DNA from: Candidatus Peribacteraceae bacterium
GTDB taxonomy: Bacteria; Patescibacteriota; Gracilibacteria; Peribacterales; Peribacteraceae
DNA: 45,500 bases
Reading direction: 5' to 3'
Assembly (NCBI GenBank): GCA_031973095.1
Contig: DALYDP010000001.1
Coordinates: forward strand, 1 to 45,500
The notes beneath the pieces were generated by a model, which was given only the letters and a program-made list of their open reading frames with translations, was not told the origin of the DNA and did no database searches. The position numbers and the translations under genes are program-made. Positions 18,006-27,334 of the stretch are shown here, piece by piece (the first letter of the stretch is position 1; each line of letters starts with the position of its first letter).

Positions 18006-19085
18006 ATGCGCGTCGTCCTCGCAACCGGTATTTATCCGCCCGAAATCGGCGGCCCCGCGACCTATGTCCGCGAGCTGTCGAAAGCGCTGCGCGCGAAGGG
18101 CATCGACGTGAAGGTCGTTGCCTATGGGCATGGCGCCCCCGGCGACGCGGAGGACGGCGTAACGAGGGTGTCCAGGAACGGCGGGCCGATTGGCCGGTAC
18201 GTCCGGTATGCCAAGGCCCTGCGCGAGGTCGCGCAAGGATGCGACGTGGTGGAGGCATTTTCATCCGTCAGCGTGGGGATTCCCCTGTGGCTCGCGCACC
18301 TGCAAGGACCCAAAAAAATCTTGCGGCTCGGCGGCGATTTCTTGTGGGAACGCGCGACGGACGCGGGCGAAACCAAAGGGCTTCGGGAATGGTACGAGAG
18401 CCCGCCGCGGTTCATGGGAGTGATGAATGGACTGCTTCGCACGTTCGACGTGCTCGCGTTCTCGACCGAGTTCCAGGAGGAGTTGTTCCGTCGCGTCTAC
18501 GCCAACTTGCCGCCGACCGCGGTGATCGAAAACGTCTCGCCGGCCGGATCGCCCGCGCTGCATAAAGCACATGTGCCGTTCCGGCTGCTCTCGCTCGGGC
18601 GGTTCGTGGCGTTCAAGAATCTCGTTTCCCTCGTCGAGGCCATGCCCTCGTTGCCGCGTTGCACGCTCACGTTCGTCGGTTCGGGTCCGGTCGAATCGTC
18701 CCTTCGGGAACGCGTGTCGGCGTTGAACCTTTCTTCGCGAGTGACCTTCTTGCCGCCGGCGCACGGCCCGGAGAAGGCGACGCTCTTCGCGGACCATGAC
18801 CTGCTCGTGGTGCCGTCCACGACGGACATCAGTCCCAACGCCGCTCTTGAAGCGCGCGCCGCCGGGTTGCCCGTGCTTCTTACCGAAGAGACCGGCCTGA
18901 GTCGCGCGTCATTGGACGGCATGGTGACTGCCCAGCTCGGATCGCCCGAACGTATCGCTGAAGCGGTGCAGGACTGCATGGTTACATACCCCACGTTGGC
19001 GGTGCGCGCGGCGCAACCCCTTCCGGCACGCGATTGGCATACGCTGGCGGACGAACACATTTCTTTGTTTTCAAGCTTGCTATGA
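18006..19085 (+). CDS. glycosyltransferase family 4 (GT-B)
   Basis: MRVVLATGIYPPEIGGPATYV is a typical GT4 N-terminus. The ATG at 17997 lies inside the -10-like hexamer, so 18006 is preferred. Confidence 0.88.
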   Translation: MRVVLATGIYPPEIGGPATYVRELSKALRAKGIDVKVVAYGHGAPGDAEDGVTRVSRNGGPIGRYVRYAKALREVAQGCDVVEAFSSVSVGIPLWLAHLQGPKKILRLGGDFLWERATDAGETKGLREWYESPPRFMGVMNGLLRTFDVLAFSTEFQEELFRRVYANLPPTAVIENVSPAGSPALHKAHVPFRLLSLGRFVAFKNLVSLVEAMPSLPRCTLTFVGSGPVESSLRERVSALNLSSRVTFLPPAHGPEKATLFADHDLLVVPSTTDISPNAALEARAAGLPVLLTEETGLSRASLDGMVTAQLGSPERIAEAVQDCMVTYPTLAVRAAQPLPARDWHTLADEHISLFSSLL

Positions 19086-19199
19086 CCCGGCTTTGTCCCC
19101 GGACTGCCCCGCGGTACACCACTCTCCCATGAAACTTCTGATGATCATCCACCTTCGCTCGGCTTCGGCGGACAGGGCGGCTTCCCTTCACTCGATCGC

Positions 19200-20306
19200 A
19201 TGAAACTCTTAATGATCTCAGGGGATCGGGCTGTGGCGTCCGGTAAACGGGGGCCGTTCGCCGTCACGCTGACCGGCCTCGCCAAGCACTTCGACCGCAT
19301 CGACGTGTTGACGCCGCGGGTGGTGTCCGTCGACCGCGCGTGGGACCGCCTCGTGCCTCCGAACGTGCATATCCACAGCGCACCCGTCGGCATCTTCGGG
19401 TACGCCAAGTGGGTGGCGACTTTCGGCGAAGAGCTCGTGCGCAATCACGGCATTAAGGCGGCGACCGTCCATGCGTCCCCGCCGTTCCACCACGCCATCG
19501 GCGCGGTCCGGTTGGCCAAGAAGACCGGCCTGAAGCTCGCGCTCGAAGTGCACCATGTCGTGGGGCATCCCACGGCGGCATCCTTCCAGGAGCGCGTCGC
19601 GTATGTCCTTTCGCGGTTCATGTTGCCGCGTCTCTCGAAAGGCGTTCGGGCCGTGCGCGTGGTGAACAGGAGCATGGTCGCGTTCCTTGCGAAATGGGGC
19701 GTGAAGGAACAACTCCTCCACGTCGTTCCGTCGTTCTACCTCGACGCGTCGCTCGTTTCGAAAGCGATGGACGTCACGCCGTCGGTGTCGCTCGCGTTCT
19801 GCGCCCGCTTGGTCCCGAACAAAAACCTGCCGCTCGTGTTCAAGGCCATGAAACTTTTGCCCAACGCCACGCTCATCGTCATCAGCGACGGACCGATGCG
19901 CAAACAGTGGGAGGCTTTGGCACGGGAGCTCGGCGTCGCCCCGCGCGTCACCTTCCGCGGATGGCTCGGCGATGAAGTCGAAGTGGCGCGCGTCATGAAA
20001 TCCGCCCACGTGTTCGTGATGCCGAGCTTGAGCGAGGGTGGCCCGCGCGTGGCCCTCGAAGCAATGATGCTCGGCATACCGGTGGTGTCCACGAAGGTCG
20101 GCTTCATGCCCGACGCCATCGTGCACGGAGTGAACGGGTACCTCGCCGACGCGACGCCCGAAGCATTCGCCGAGATCATCAAGCTTTTGTTGGCGGATAA
20201 GGCCATGCGTGAACGTATCGGCGCCGAAGCCGCGAAGATCATCGAACAGCATGAGCGTGACACGGCCTTGGCCCGCTACGCGCGGTTTCTCCTGTCGTTG
20301 CCGTGA
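19200..20306 (+). CDS. glycosyltransferase family 4 (GT-B)
   Basis: Has ARLVPNKN and the ...MPSLSEGGPRVALEAMMLGIPVVSTKVG...GYL region. Confidence 0.9.
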   Translation: MKLLMISGDRAVASGKRGPFAVTLTGLAKHFDRIDVLTPRVVSVDRAWDRLVPPNVHIHSAPVGIFGYAKWVATFGEELVRNHGIKAATVHASPPFHHAIGAVRLAKKTGLKLALEVHHVVGHPTAASFQERVAYVLSRFMLPRLSKGVRAVRVVNRSMVAFLAKWGVKEQLLHVVPSFYLDASLVSKAMDVTPSVSLAFCARLVPNKNLPLVFKAMKLLPNATLIVISDGPMRKQWEALARELGVAPRVTFRGWLGDEVEVARVMKSAHVFVMPSLSEGGPRVALEAMMLGIPVVSTKVGFMPDAIVHGVNGYLADATPEAFAEIIKLLLADKAMRERIGAEAAKIIEQHERDTALARYARFLLSLP

Positions 20307-21310
20307 AATTGCTCATCGTCACGCAGGCAGTGGACCGCGCGGATCCGATTCTGGGGTTTTTCCACCGTTGGATCGAGGAATTCGCCGGGCGCTGCGAACG
20401 CGTCACGGTTGTGGCGCAGCGCGTGGGCGACCATTCGTTCCCCGCTAACGTTTTTGTGCGTTCGCTGGGGAAGGAGGAGGTGCTCCCGAAGTGGCGGCAA
20501 GTCCTGCGTTTTTGGGCGGCGTGTTCAACGGAAGATTACGACGCCGTCCTCGTGCACATGACGCCCGTGTGGTCCGTGCTCGGCGCGCTTCCGTGGGCGC
20601 TGCGCCGCAAGCGTTCCTATTTGTGGTACGAGGTCCGCCGCGGCGGATGGGTGCTCCGCGCCGCGCTCCTCTGTGTGCGGACGGTGTTCAGCGCCACGGC
20701 CCACGGGTTGCCCCGGGCGTCCGCGAAGCAGTGCGTGGTCGGGCACGGCATCGATACCGCTTTCTTCCGACCGCCCACGCTGCCACGCGATCCGTACGAA
20801 CTGCTCGCGGTCGGTCGCGTCACTCGCGTGAAGCGCCTCGATGCGATCATCGGTTGCCTCGCGGTGTTGCCCGTCTCGTTCCGCTTGCGGCTCATCGGGC
20901 CGACGGTGACCGACGACGACAAGGTCTATAAAGTCGAACTCGTCGCCGCGCTCGTGGCACGGGGGATGGAGCGCCGCGTGACCTTCGAAACCGCCGACCA
21001 GCGCGGCGTCGCCGAGGCGTTGCGCCGGGCGCGCGTTTTCCTGCACGGAGCGGCGGGGGGCCTGGACAAGGCGTTACTCGAAGCCATGAGCTGCGCGTGC
21101 CCGGTGTTGTCGTGCAGCGAAGCGGCCGACGGCGTCCTGCCGCCCGCGTGCCGCACCACCCCCGAACGCATGGCTGAGGACCTGTGGGCCGCGCTCGCCG
21201 ACGGGCGCCTGGAAACGGAAACGCTCCTCGCGGGACTGCGCGACACGGTCGAACGCGAACACGGCTTGCAGGCGCTCGTCGCGCGCCTGGTCTCGGCCAT
21301 GGAAGCCTAA
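20303..21310 (+). CDS. GT-B fold glycosyltransferase (GT4/GT1-like)
   Basis: The N-terminus MKLLIVTQAVDRADPILGFF and the C-terminal GRVTRVKR...GGLDKALLEAMSCACPVLS region fit GT-B. The GTGA overlap links it to the upstream GT4. Confidence 0.8.
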   Translation: MKLLIVTQAVDRADPILGFFHRWIEEFAGRCERVTVVAQRVGDHSFPANVFVRSLGKEEVLPKWRQVLRFWAACSTEDYDAVLVHMTPVWSVLGALPWALRRKRSYLWYEVRRGGWVLRAALLCVRTVFSATAHGLPRASAKQCVVGHGIDTAFFRPPTLPRDPYELLAVGRVTRVKRLDAIIGCLAVLPVSFRLRLIGPTVTDDDKVYKVELVAALVARGMERRVTFETADQRGVAEALRRARVFLHGAAGGLDKALLEAMSCACPVLSCSEAADGVLPPACRTTPERMAEDLWAALADGRLETETLLAGLRDTVEREHGLQALVARLVSAMEA

Positions 21311-22329
21311 AGTTCCGCCGCGAGCCGCGCGTTGTTTTCGTCGAGTTTCCGGAAGCCGAATTCTTCGCGCAGGAACGGTTCGACTTCCTTCCGGATCCGT
21401 GATAGTTCCGTCAGGGATGGCATCGACCGGACGGGTAGGGTTTTTCCCTCCAGTTTCTCGGCCGCCGCGTGGATGTGGTGAAGCGAGATTACGCCCTGCA
21501 GACAGCGGAAGAGCAGGTTGCCCGACCATTTTTTCTTCTCAGGGGCGTCGAAGAAGGCGACCGTTTCTTCCGGCGTGCGGAAGTACGCCAGGAGCATGAC
21601 CGCGGAGCTGAGTCCCTCGTAGTTGATGGTGCACGCCTTGGCTTCGCCCGGGTCCACGACCGCGCAGCGGTAGCCTTTCAGTAGCAGCGTCTCGTTGGCC
21701 TTGTCGAAACTGTCGTAGCGGCCCGGTCCTTGGCGCCGCGGGCTGGGGTGATTGTTGCCGTCAGCGGGGCGGAACGACAGTCGCTCTTTGTCGGACACGA
21801 TGCGGCGGTTCATTGCCAGGCAGTAGGTGCCGACGGGCTTGGTCCGTTTGCCGTCGATCTCGAATTCCCACCACTGGCGGGGTTCGAACGTGACAACGGC
21901 CGTGTTGGGCACTGCCAGTTCCCGCTTCACGACGTCGAGCGCCGCGTGGGAGGTAATGAAGGTGTCGTCGTCGCAGATCCACGCGACGTCGCGGTTCTTG
22001 CTGATCACGTGCAGGAAGTTGTCGCATTTCTGTGCGTAGCGAGGATTGAGGAATTTTTGTATCCGCATGCCCGGGAAATCGCGCGGGTCCAACGTGGCGG
22101 AGCAATCGAAGGCGACGATGTCGACGTCCGTGCCCAGGCTCCTGACGGCGAAGTGGCGCCAGACCCGCAGCATCGGTGGGAAGATGTTCATCGTGAATAG
22201 CGCTGGCTTGGGCGAGGGCGGGAGCACGTACGGGAACATGAGCTGCTTGGCCGTGGGCAGTGCGCTGCGGAAGGCGCTCAACGCGGAGAAGCGCTTGAAG
22301 GCGTGCGTGATGGTGCGCGTGTGGTCCAT
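21307..22329 (-). CDS. hypothetical protein with a DXD motif (ICDDDTF), possibly a novel GT-A-like transferase
   Basis: 340-aa soluble, protein-like ORF that is last in an operon of a GT-B gene and an MTase. I recognise no family. Confidence 0.65.
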   Translation of the reverse strand: MDHTRTITHAFKRFSALSAFRSALPTAKQLMFPYVLPPSPKPALFTMNIFPPMLRVWRHFAVRSLGTDVDIVAFDCSATLDPRDFPGMRIQKFLNPRYAQKCDNFLHVISKNRDVAWICDDDTFITSHAALDVVKRELAVPNTAVVTFEPRQWWEFEIDGKRTKPVGTYCLAMNRRIVSDKERLSFRPADGNNHPSPRRQGPGRYDSFDKANETLLLKGYRCAVVDPGEAKACTINYEGLSSAVMLLAYFRTPEETVAFFDAPEKKKWSGNLLFRCLQGVISLHHIHAAAEKLEGKTLPVRSMPSLTELSRIRKEVEPFLREEFGFRKLDENNARLAAEL

Positions 22330-22335
22330 GGGCGG

Positions 22336-22998
22336 TCAGGGTTTCATGGCCCGGATGAGGTAGTTGTACTTCGGTTCGTGCATGCCGATTTCTTCCATCG
22401 GCCGGCGTTCGACCCGCGTGAAACCGAACTCCTCCAGAACGTCCATCATCTGTTGCGCGGTGTACATCCAACGGTGCAGGTCCAGGTCCTCGGTGTCGCC
22501 GCTTTTGAACCGCCCGAAGAGGTGCTGGTTCACGACGTCGAAGTCTTCGCCTTCAAGGATTCCCTTCGCGATGCCTTCGATGTCGGGAGTGCTGACGCGG
22601 AGGACGCCGCCGGGTCGAAGGACGCGGAAGAATTCCTTTAGAACGTGGTGCACGTCGTGTCGGCGGACGTGTTCGAGCGTGGCGATCGAGATGATTTCCT
22701 TGATCACGCCGTCGTCAATCGGGAAGCGCTTGCAAATGTCGAACACGAGGTCGACTTCGGGCAGCGGCGCCACGTCGACGTTCAGGAAGTTCGCGCGGTC
22801 GAAGGGGTAGCGTCCGCCGCACACGTCGAGCCGGGCGCCCCTGAAGCCCTTGGCTTCCCATTCCTTCGCGCGCGCGGCGCTGATCATGCGCGCCCGGCCG
22901 TCCTTCGCCCATCCGTACACGAAACGCCACGGTTTCACGTAACGATGGTACAGCCGGTCGATAAGTTTCGTCGCCATGCTGCCCGATTGTAGCATCAT
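22336..22998 (-). CDS. class I SAM-dependent methyltransferase
   Basis: Has LDVCGG and ...IATLEHV...VLRPGGVLRVSTP. The ATG at 22998 overlaps the upstream stop as ATGA. An alternative ATG at 22977 lies 8 nt after TGcTACAAT (22986-22991, minus sense). Confidence 0.8.
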   Translation of the reverse strand: MMLQSGSMATKLIDRLYHRYVKPWRFVYGWAKDGRARMISAARAKEWEAKGFRGARLDVCGGRYPFDRANFLNVDVAPLPEVDLVFDICKRFPIDDGVIKEIISIATLEHVRRHDVHHVLKEFFRVLRPGGVLRVSTPDIEGIAKGILEGEDFDVVNQHLFGRFKSGDTEDLDLHRWMYTAQQMMDVLEEFGFTRVERRPMEEIGMHEPKYNYLIRAMKP

Positions 22999-24074
22999 TC
23001 GGCCCCGGTGGCGGCGTTTTTCAGCCACGCAGCCAAGGGTTCCGTGACGTGCTCGGGCGTGAACCGCGCACCCACCGCGGCCGCGTTCGCCGCCAGCGCG
23101 GCGCACAGGCCGGGGTCGCGGAGCAGGCGCTCCATCGCTTTCGCGAGCGCCGCGTGGTCTCCGGCGGGCACGAGCAGGGCGTCGACGCCGTCGCGGAGGA
23201 TGGCGCGCGCCGCGGGTGTGTCCGCCGTCACGAGTGGCCTGCCGGCGCCGAGCGCGTCGTATGCCTTGTGCGGGATCACGCGTTGCGTCTTGGGCGTCAC
23301 GCCGAAAATGCCGAGCACGCAGTAGGCGGCGACGTGGGCGTCGACCACCTCCCGCATCGGCGTGGTGCCGAGGAACGTGATGTTCCGGAGCCCGAGTTCC
23401 GCGGCGAGGGCGTGCATCGCGGGCGCGGTTTGGCCGCCGCCACCCAAGTCCAGCGTTACGGGCAGGCAGCGGTCCTGCAGGATTTTCATGGCGCGGAGGA
23501 TCGTGTCGACGCCCTGGAGGGGGATGAACGTGCCGTAGAAGTACGCGCGCATCGCGTCACCCGGGTTTCGCGCGGGCAACGGCGTGGGGCGGATCATGTC
23601 CGACCGGTACCCGACGGGCACCACGATGATTTTCCCCGGAGGGACCCCGAACGCGGCGGCGAAGAACGCCGCGTGTTCGGCGGTATCGAGCAGCACGCGG
23701 TCCGCGAGCATGCAGCTGACGCGGTCGACGAATTTCAGGAACCGCGCCTTCGCCGACCCTGCTTTCACTTTCGCGCGGTCCGTGACCATCGTGTCGTGGA
23801 GGGAAATGAACGCGTCGAGCACGACGGGCACCCCTTTCGTTTTGCCCAGGGCCCATGCGAGGGGCATAAGGTATTGCCCGGGGAAGGTGACCAAGATGGC
23901 GTCGCATCGGGTTTTCCTGGCCTGCGCCCACAGGTCGGCTATCTTCGGCAGGAACCCCGGTTTTGCGGTGTGGCATGCCGCGATATCGAAGCCGTGCGCC
24001 CGTAAACCGCCCGAAATCGCCCAGTAGCGGGTGCCGTTAGGATCGTGGAAGCCGAGAGTGCAAACCGTGGTCAC
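22995..24074 (-). CDS. GT-B fold glycosyltransferase
   Basis: 359-aa ORF with two Rossmann-like halves, including the VVPVGY and IPHKAYDALGAGRPLVTADTP regions. TACACT (24081-24086, minus sense) lies 6 nt before the GTG start. Confidence 0.8.
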   Translation of the reverse strand: MTTVCTLGFHDPNGTRYWAISGGLRAHGFDIAACHTAKPGFLPKIADLWAQARKTRCDAILVTFPGQYLMPLAWALGKTKGVPVVLDAFISLHDTMVTDRAKVKAGSAKARFLKFVDRVSCMLADRVLLDTAEHAAFFAAAFGVPPGKIIVVPVGYRSDMIRPTPLPARNPGDAMRAYFYGTFIPLQGVDTILRAMKILQDRCLPVTLDLGGGGQTAPAMHALAAELGLRNITFLGTTPMREVVDAHVAAYCVLGIFGVTPKTQRVIPHKAYDALGAGRPLVTADTPAARAILRDGVDALLVPAGDHAALAKAMERLLRDPGLCAALAANAAAVGARFTPEHVTEPLAAWLKNAATGAE

Positions 24075-24109
24075 ACCCGGAGTGTACCCGTTTGCGCTAT
24101 GCTTTCCGC
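24075..24109. promoter_or_regulatory. 35-bp divergent spacer holding two back-to-back -10-like elements
   Basis: TACACT (minus sense) lies 6 nt before GTG 24074. TATGCT (24098-24103) lies 6 nt before GTG 24110. Confidence 0.45.
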
Positions 24110-25279
24110 GTGAACATCGCGTACGTCACTCAAACGCGCTTCCCGACTGAGAAAGCGCACGGCCACCAGATCGCCCAGGTATGCGCGGCCATGGCGGGAC
24201 TCGGCCATGCGGTCACGCTCGTTTCGTCCGACATCCCGACGGCGGTGACGGAGGATCCGCACGCGTACTACGCCGTGGAGCAATCGTTCGCGATCCGCCG
24301 GGTCCACCAGTTCAACGCGTTGCACGCGGCGTTCGTTCCTGAAGTGGCCGCGTTCGCGATCGGCATGGCGTCGCTCCGGCGTTCCTTGAAGAAGGACATC
24401 GCAGCCCGCGGCGTGCCTGACCTGTTCTATGCGCGGTCGGCCGAAGTGCTGTTGCCGCTCCTCGCTTCCGGCGCGCCCGTCGTCTTCGAGGTCCATACCT
24501 TGCCCCGCCTCGGGCGCGCGCGGTTCGTCCGGCTGTGCAACCGCTGCCGCCTTGTCGTGTGCCTCACGACTCCCATGAAAAATGAGTTGGAACGTTGGGG
24601 TGTCGATCCCGCGAAGATGATCGTGGAAGGGGACGGGGTGACGATCGCCCGCTTTGAAAAAGCAGCCGGAACGCCCGCTTCGCGCCCGGACACGGACAGG
24701 CCGATCCTAGGGTATGTGGGCTCGCTCGTCACCGGCGACACGCTCGAAAAGGGCGTCGCGCAGATCGTCGACGCGGTCGTGGAGCTGAAGAAGCGGAAGG
24801 CCCCCGTTTTCGCTTGGATCGTCGGCGGGCCAGTGTCGTGGCACGGGAAGTACTGCGAACGCGCGCGATTGCTCGGCCTCACGGACCAAGACATCCGTTT
24901 CGACCCGCCTGTTCCCGCGGGCGCCGTTGCGAGCATCCTCGCTGCGATGGATGTGTGCGCCTACCCCGCCCCGGCGTCGGACCACCCGTTCTTCACGCGT
25001 GACACCTCGCCGCTCAAGCTCCTTGAGTACTTCGCGGCGAAACGTCCCGTGGTCTGTGCTGATATCCCGCCTATCCGGGACCTGTGCGACGAAAAAAGCG
25101 TGGCGTTCTGCGAACCGGGGAGCGGGGTGTCGATGGCCGACGCTGTCGCGGCGACGATCGCCGACGGCGCGGCGGCGCGGGCCCGGACGGAGGCCGCCGC
25201 GGGCATCGCCGCGAAGCGGGATTGGTGCGCCAGGATGGCCAGGATCCTAGCTCGGGCGACGGGAACGGTCGGCGCGTGA
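24110..25279 (+). CDS. glycosyltransferase family 4 (GT-B)
   Basis: From the GTG at 24110, NIAYVTQTRFPTEKAHGHQIAQV is a typical GT4 N-terminus. The ORF is open from a TTG at 24092. Confidence 0.85.
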   Translation: MNIAYVTQTRFPTEKAHGHQIAQVCAAMAGLGHAVTLVSSDIPTAVTEDPHAYYAVEQSFAIRRVHQFNALHAAFVPEVAAFAIGMASLRRSLKKDIAARGVPDLFYARSAEVLLPLLASGAPVVFEVHTLPRLGRARFVRLCNRCRLVVCLTTPMKNELERWGVDPAKMIVEGDGVTIARFEKAAGTPASRPDTDRPILGYVGSLVTGDTLEKGVAQIVDAVVELKKRKAPVFAWIVGGPVSWHGKYCERARLLGLTDQDIRFDPPVPAGAVASILAAMDVCAYPAPASDHPFFTRDTSPLKLLEYFAAKRPVVCADIPPIRDLCDEKSVAFCEPGSGVSMADAVAATIADGAAARARTEAAAGIAAKRDWCARMARILARATGTVGA

Positions 25280-25330
25280 CGGCGGGAGCGTGGTGGGTTG
25301 CTGGCATTTTCCCTATACTTCGCCCGAACT

Positions 25331-27334
25331 ATGTGCGGGATCTTCGGCTTCGTCCTCGAACGGCAGGCGATGGAACCGGCGCGGGTGAAGGAGCTCGTCT
25401 CCTCGCTCGTCGTCCTCTCGGAAACGCGTGGCAAGGAAGCGGCTGGTTTGGCGGTTCGTAACGATAGGTCCCTAACCGTGTGTAAGAGTGCCATGCGCGG
25501 CACGGCATTCTTGCGGACGAGCCGCTTCGCCGACCTCGCGTCCGGCATGTTCTCCGCGGACGCGCTCCGGCGTTCCCCCGTGGCGTGCCTGGGCCACACA
25601 CGCCTCGTGACCAACGGATCGATGGAGCGCCACGAAAACAACCAGCCCGTCGTCCGCGGCGGCATCGTCGGCATCCATAACGGCATCATCGTGAACGACG
25701 CGTCGCTTTTTGCGGCGCACGGCATCGAGCGCGCGTGCGATGTGGACACCGAAGCGCTCTTGGCGCTGGTGGAAGAGGCGTGTATGAAGGGCGCCACGCT
25801 CGCGGGTGCCCTTTCCTCCGCGTTCTGCGAGGTGCGCGGCACGGCGTCGGTGGCGTTGCTCTTCGACGACGCGCCGGTCCTCGCGCTCGCCACTAACAAC
25901 GGCTCGCTCTACGTGTTGCCTGTGCGCGGCGGCCTCGTGTTCGGCTCGGAGCGGTACATCCTCGAGCAATTGCTTTCGAAACATCCCGGCGCGGTCGACG
26001 CCCCCGCGGGCGACATCGCCCACGTGCCAGCGGGCACCGGTATGCTGGTCGACCTCGCCACGGCGGAACGTTCCGCTTTTGCGCTTACCCCTTCCCCCGA
26101 CTTGCCCGACGTACGCCGCGGGGGAGCAGGCGTGGCGATCGTCGACGTCTCGTCCGACCCCCGCCCGCCGTCGCCGACCGTGCGTAACGCGTTCGCGGCT
26201 GACGGGTTGGCCGCCAGGGAGCGGATTTTCGCCGCGAACGCCGAACGCGTCGCGCTGCTGCGGCGCTGCTCGCGTTGCATCCTGCCAGAGACGATGCCAT
26301 TCATCGAATTCGACGGCGCGGGCATATGCAATTTCTGCCGCCACTACAAAAAAAAGGAGCTCCTGGGCGAAGATGCGTTGCTCGACGCGGTCGAACTCTT
26401 CCGCGGCGACGGCACGCGCCCCGATTGCCTGTTTCCTCTCAGTGGCGGCCGCGACAGCAGTTACGGCCTACACTACGCGAAGACGGTCCTTAAGCTCACG
26501 CCCATCGCGTATTCCTACGACTGGGGGATGCTCACGGACCTCGGCCGGCGTAACCAAGCGAGGATGTGCGGCGAGCTGGGCGTCGAGCACCTGCTCATCT
26601 CCGCTGACATCGGGAAGAAGCGCGGGTTCATCCGGAACAATGTCCTCGCTTGGTTGAGTAGGCCTGACTTGGGGACCGTGCCGCTTTTCATGGCGGGTGA
26701 CAAACAGTATTTCTACCACCTCAACCGCCTGAAGAAGCAGGTGAAGACCGGCCTCACCGTGTACTGCGAAAACCCGCTGGAGCAGACCAACTTCAAATAC
26801 GGCTTCTGCGGCGTGCCGCCCAAGCTGAACCACGACCACGTCTACCGCATCGGCCTTCGGAATAAATTAGCGATGGCGTTTTACTACGCCAAGCAGACGG
26901 CGTTGAACCCGGGATTGTTCAACGCGTCGGTGGCCGACAGCGCGGGGGCATTCCTTTCGACGTACTTCCTGCCGCATGACTACGTCTACCTGTTCAACTA
27001 CATCCGGTGGGACGAAGCGGAGATTAGCCGCACGCTGACCGAGCGTTACGACTGGGAACTGGCGTCCGATACCGCGACTACCTGGCGCATCGGCGACGGC
27101 ACGGCCGCGTTCTACAACTACATCTATTACACCGTCGCCGGATTCACCGAAAACGATACGTTTCGCAGCAACCAAGTGCGCGAGGGGATGCTGTCGCGCG
27201 GGGAAGCGCTGGCCCTCGCCGCCCGTGACAACTGCCCGCGCTGGGCGTCGTTGGAATGGTACGGCGACACCGTCGGTATCGATATGGGCCAAGCACTCGA
27301 TCGCGTGGACGCGATTCCGAAACTCTACGCCTGA
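25331..27334 (+). CDS. fusion of a class II (Ntn) glutamine amidotransferase domain with a PP-loop N-acetyl-sugar amidotransferase (WbpG/WbuX/PseA-like)
   Basis: MCGIFGF at the N-terminus puts Cys at position 2, as Ntn amidotransferases require. A CxxC...CxxC segment (CSRCILPE...GICNFCRHY) follows, then the PP-loop SGGRDSS. TATACT (25314-25319) lies 11 nt upstream of the ATG. Confidence 0.88.
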   Translation: MCGIFGFVLERQAMEPARVKELVSSLVVLSETRGKEAAGLAVRNDRSLTVCKSAMRGTAFLRTSRFADLASGMFSADALRRSPVACLGHTRLVTNGSMERHENNQPVVRGGIVGIHNGIIVNDASLFAAHGIERACDVDTEALLALVEEACMKGATLAGALSSAFCEVRGTASVALLFDDAPVLALATNNGSLYVLPVRGGLVFGSERYILEQLLSKHPGAVDAPAGDIAHVPAGTGMLVDLATAERSAFALTPSPDLPDVRRGGAGVAIVDVSSDPRPPSPTVRNAFAADGLAARERIFAANAERVALLRRCSRCILPETMPFIEFDGAGICNFCRHYKKKELLGEDALLDAVELFRGDGTRPDCLFPLSGGRDSSYGLHYAKTVLKLTPIAYSYDWGMLTDLGRRNQARMCGELGVEHLLISADIGKKRGFIRNNVLAWLSRPDLGTVPLFMAGDKQYFYHLNRLKKQVKTGLTVYCENPLEQTNFKYGFCGVPPKLNHDHVYRIGLRNKLAMAFYYAKQTALNPGLFNASVADSAGAFLSTYFLPHDYVYLFNYIRWDEAEISRTLTERYDWELASDTATTWRIGDGTAAFYNYIYYTVAGFTENDTFRSNQVREGMLSRGEALALAARDNCPRWASLEWYGDTVGIDMGQALDRVDAIPKLYA

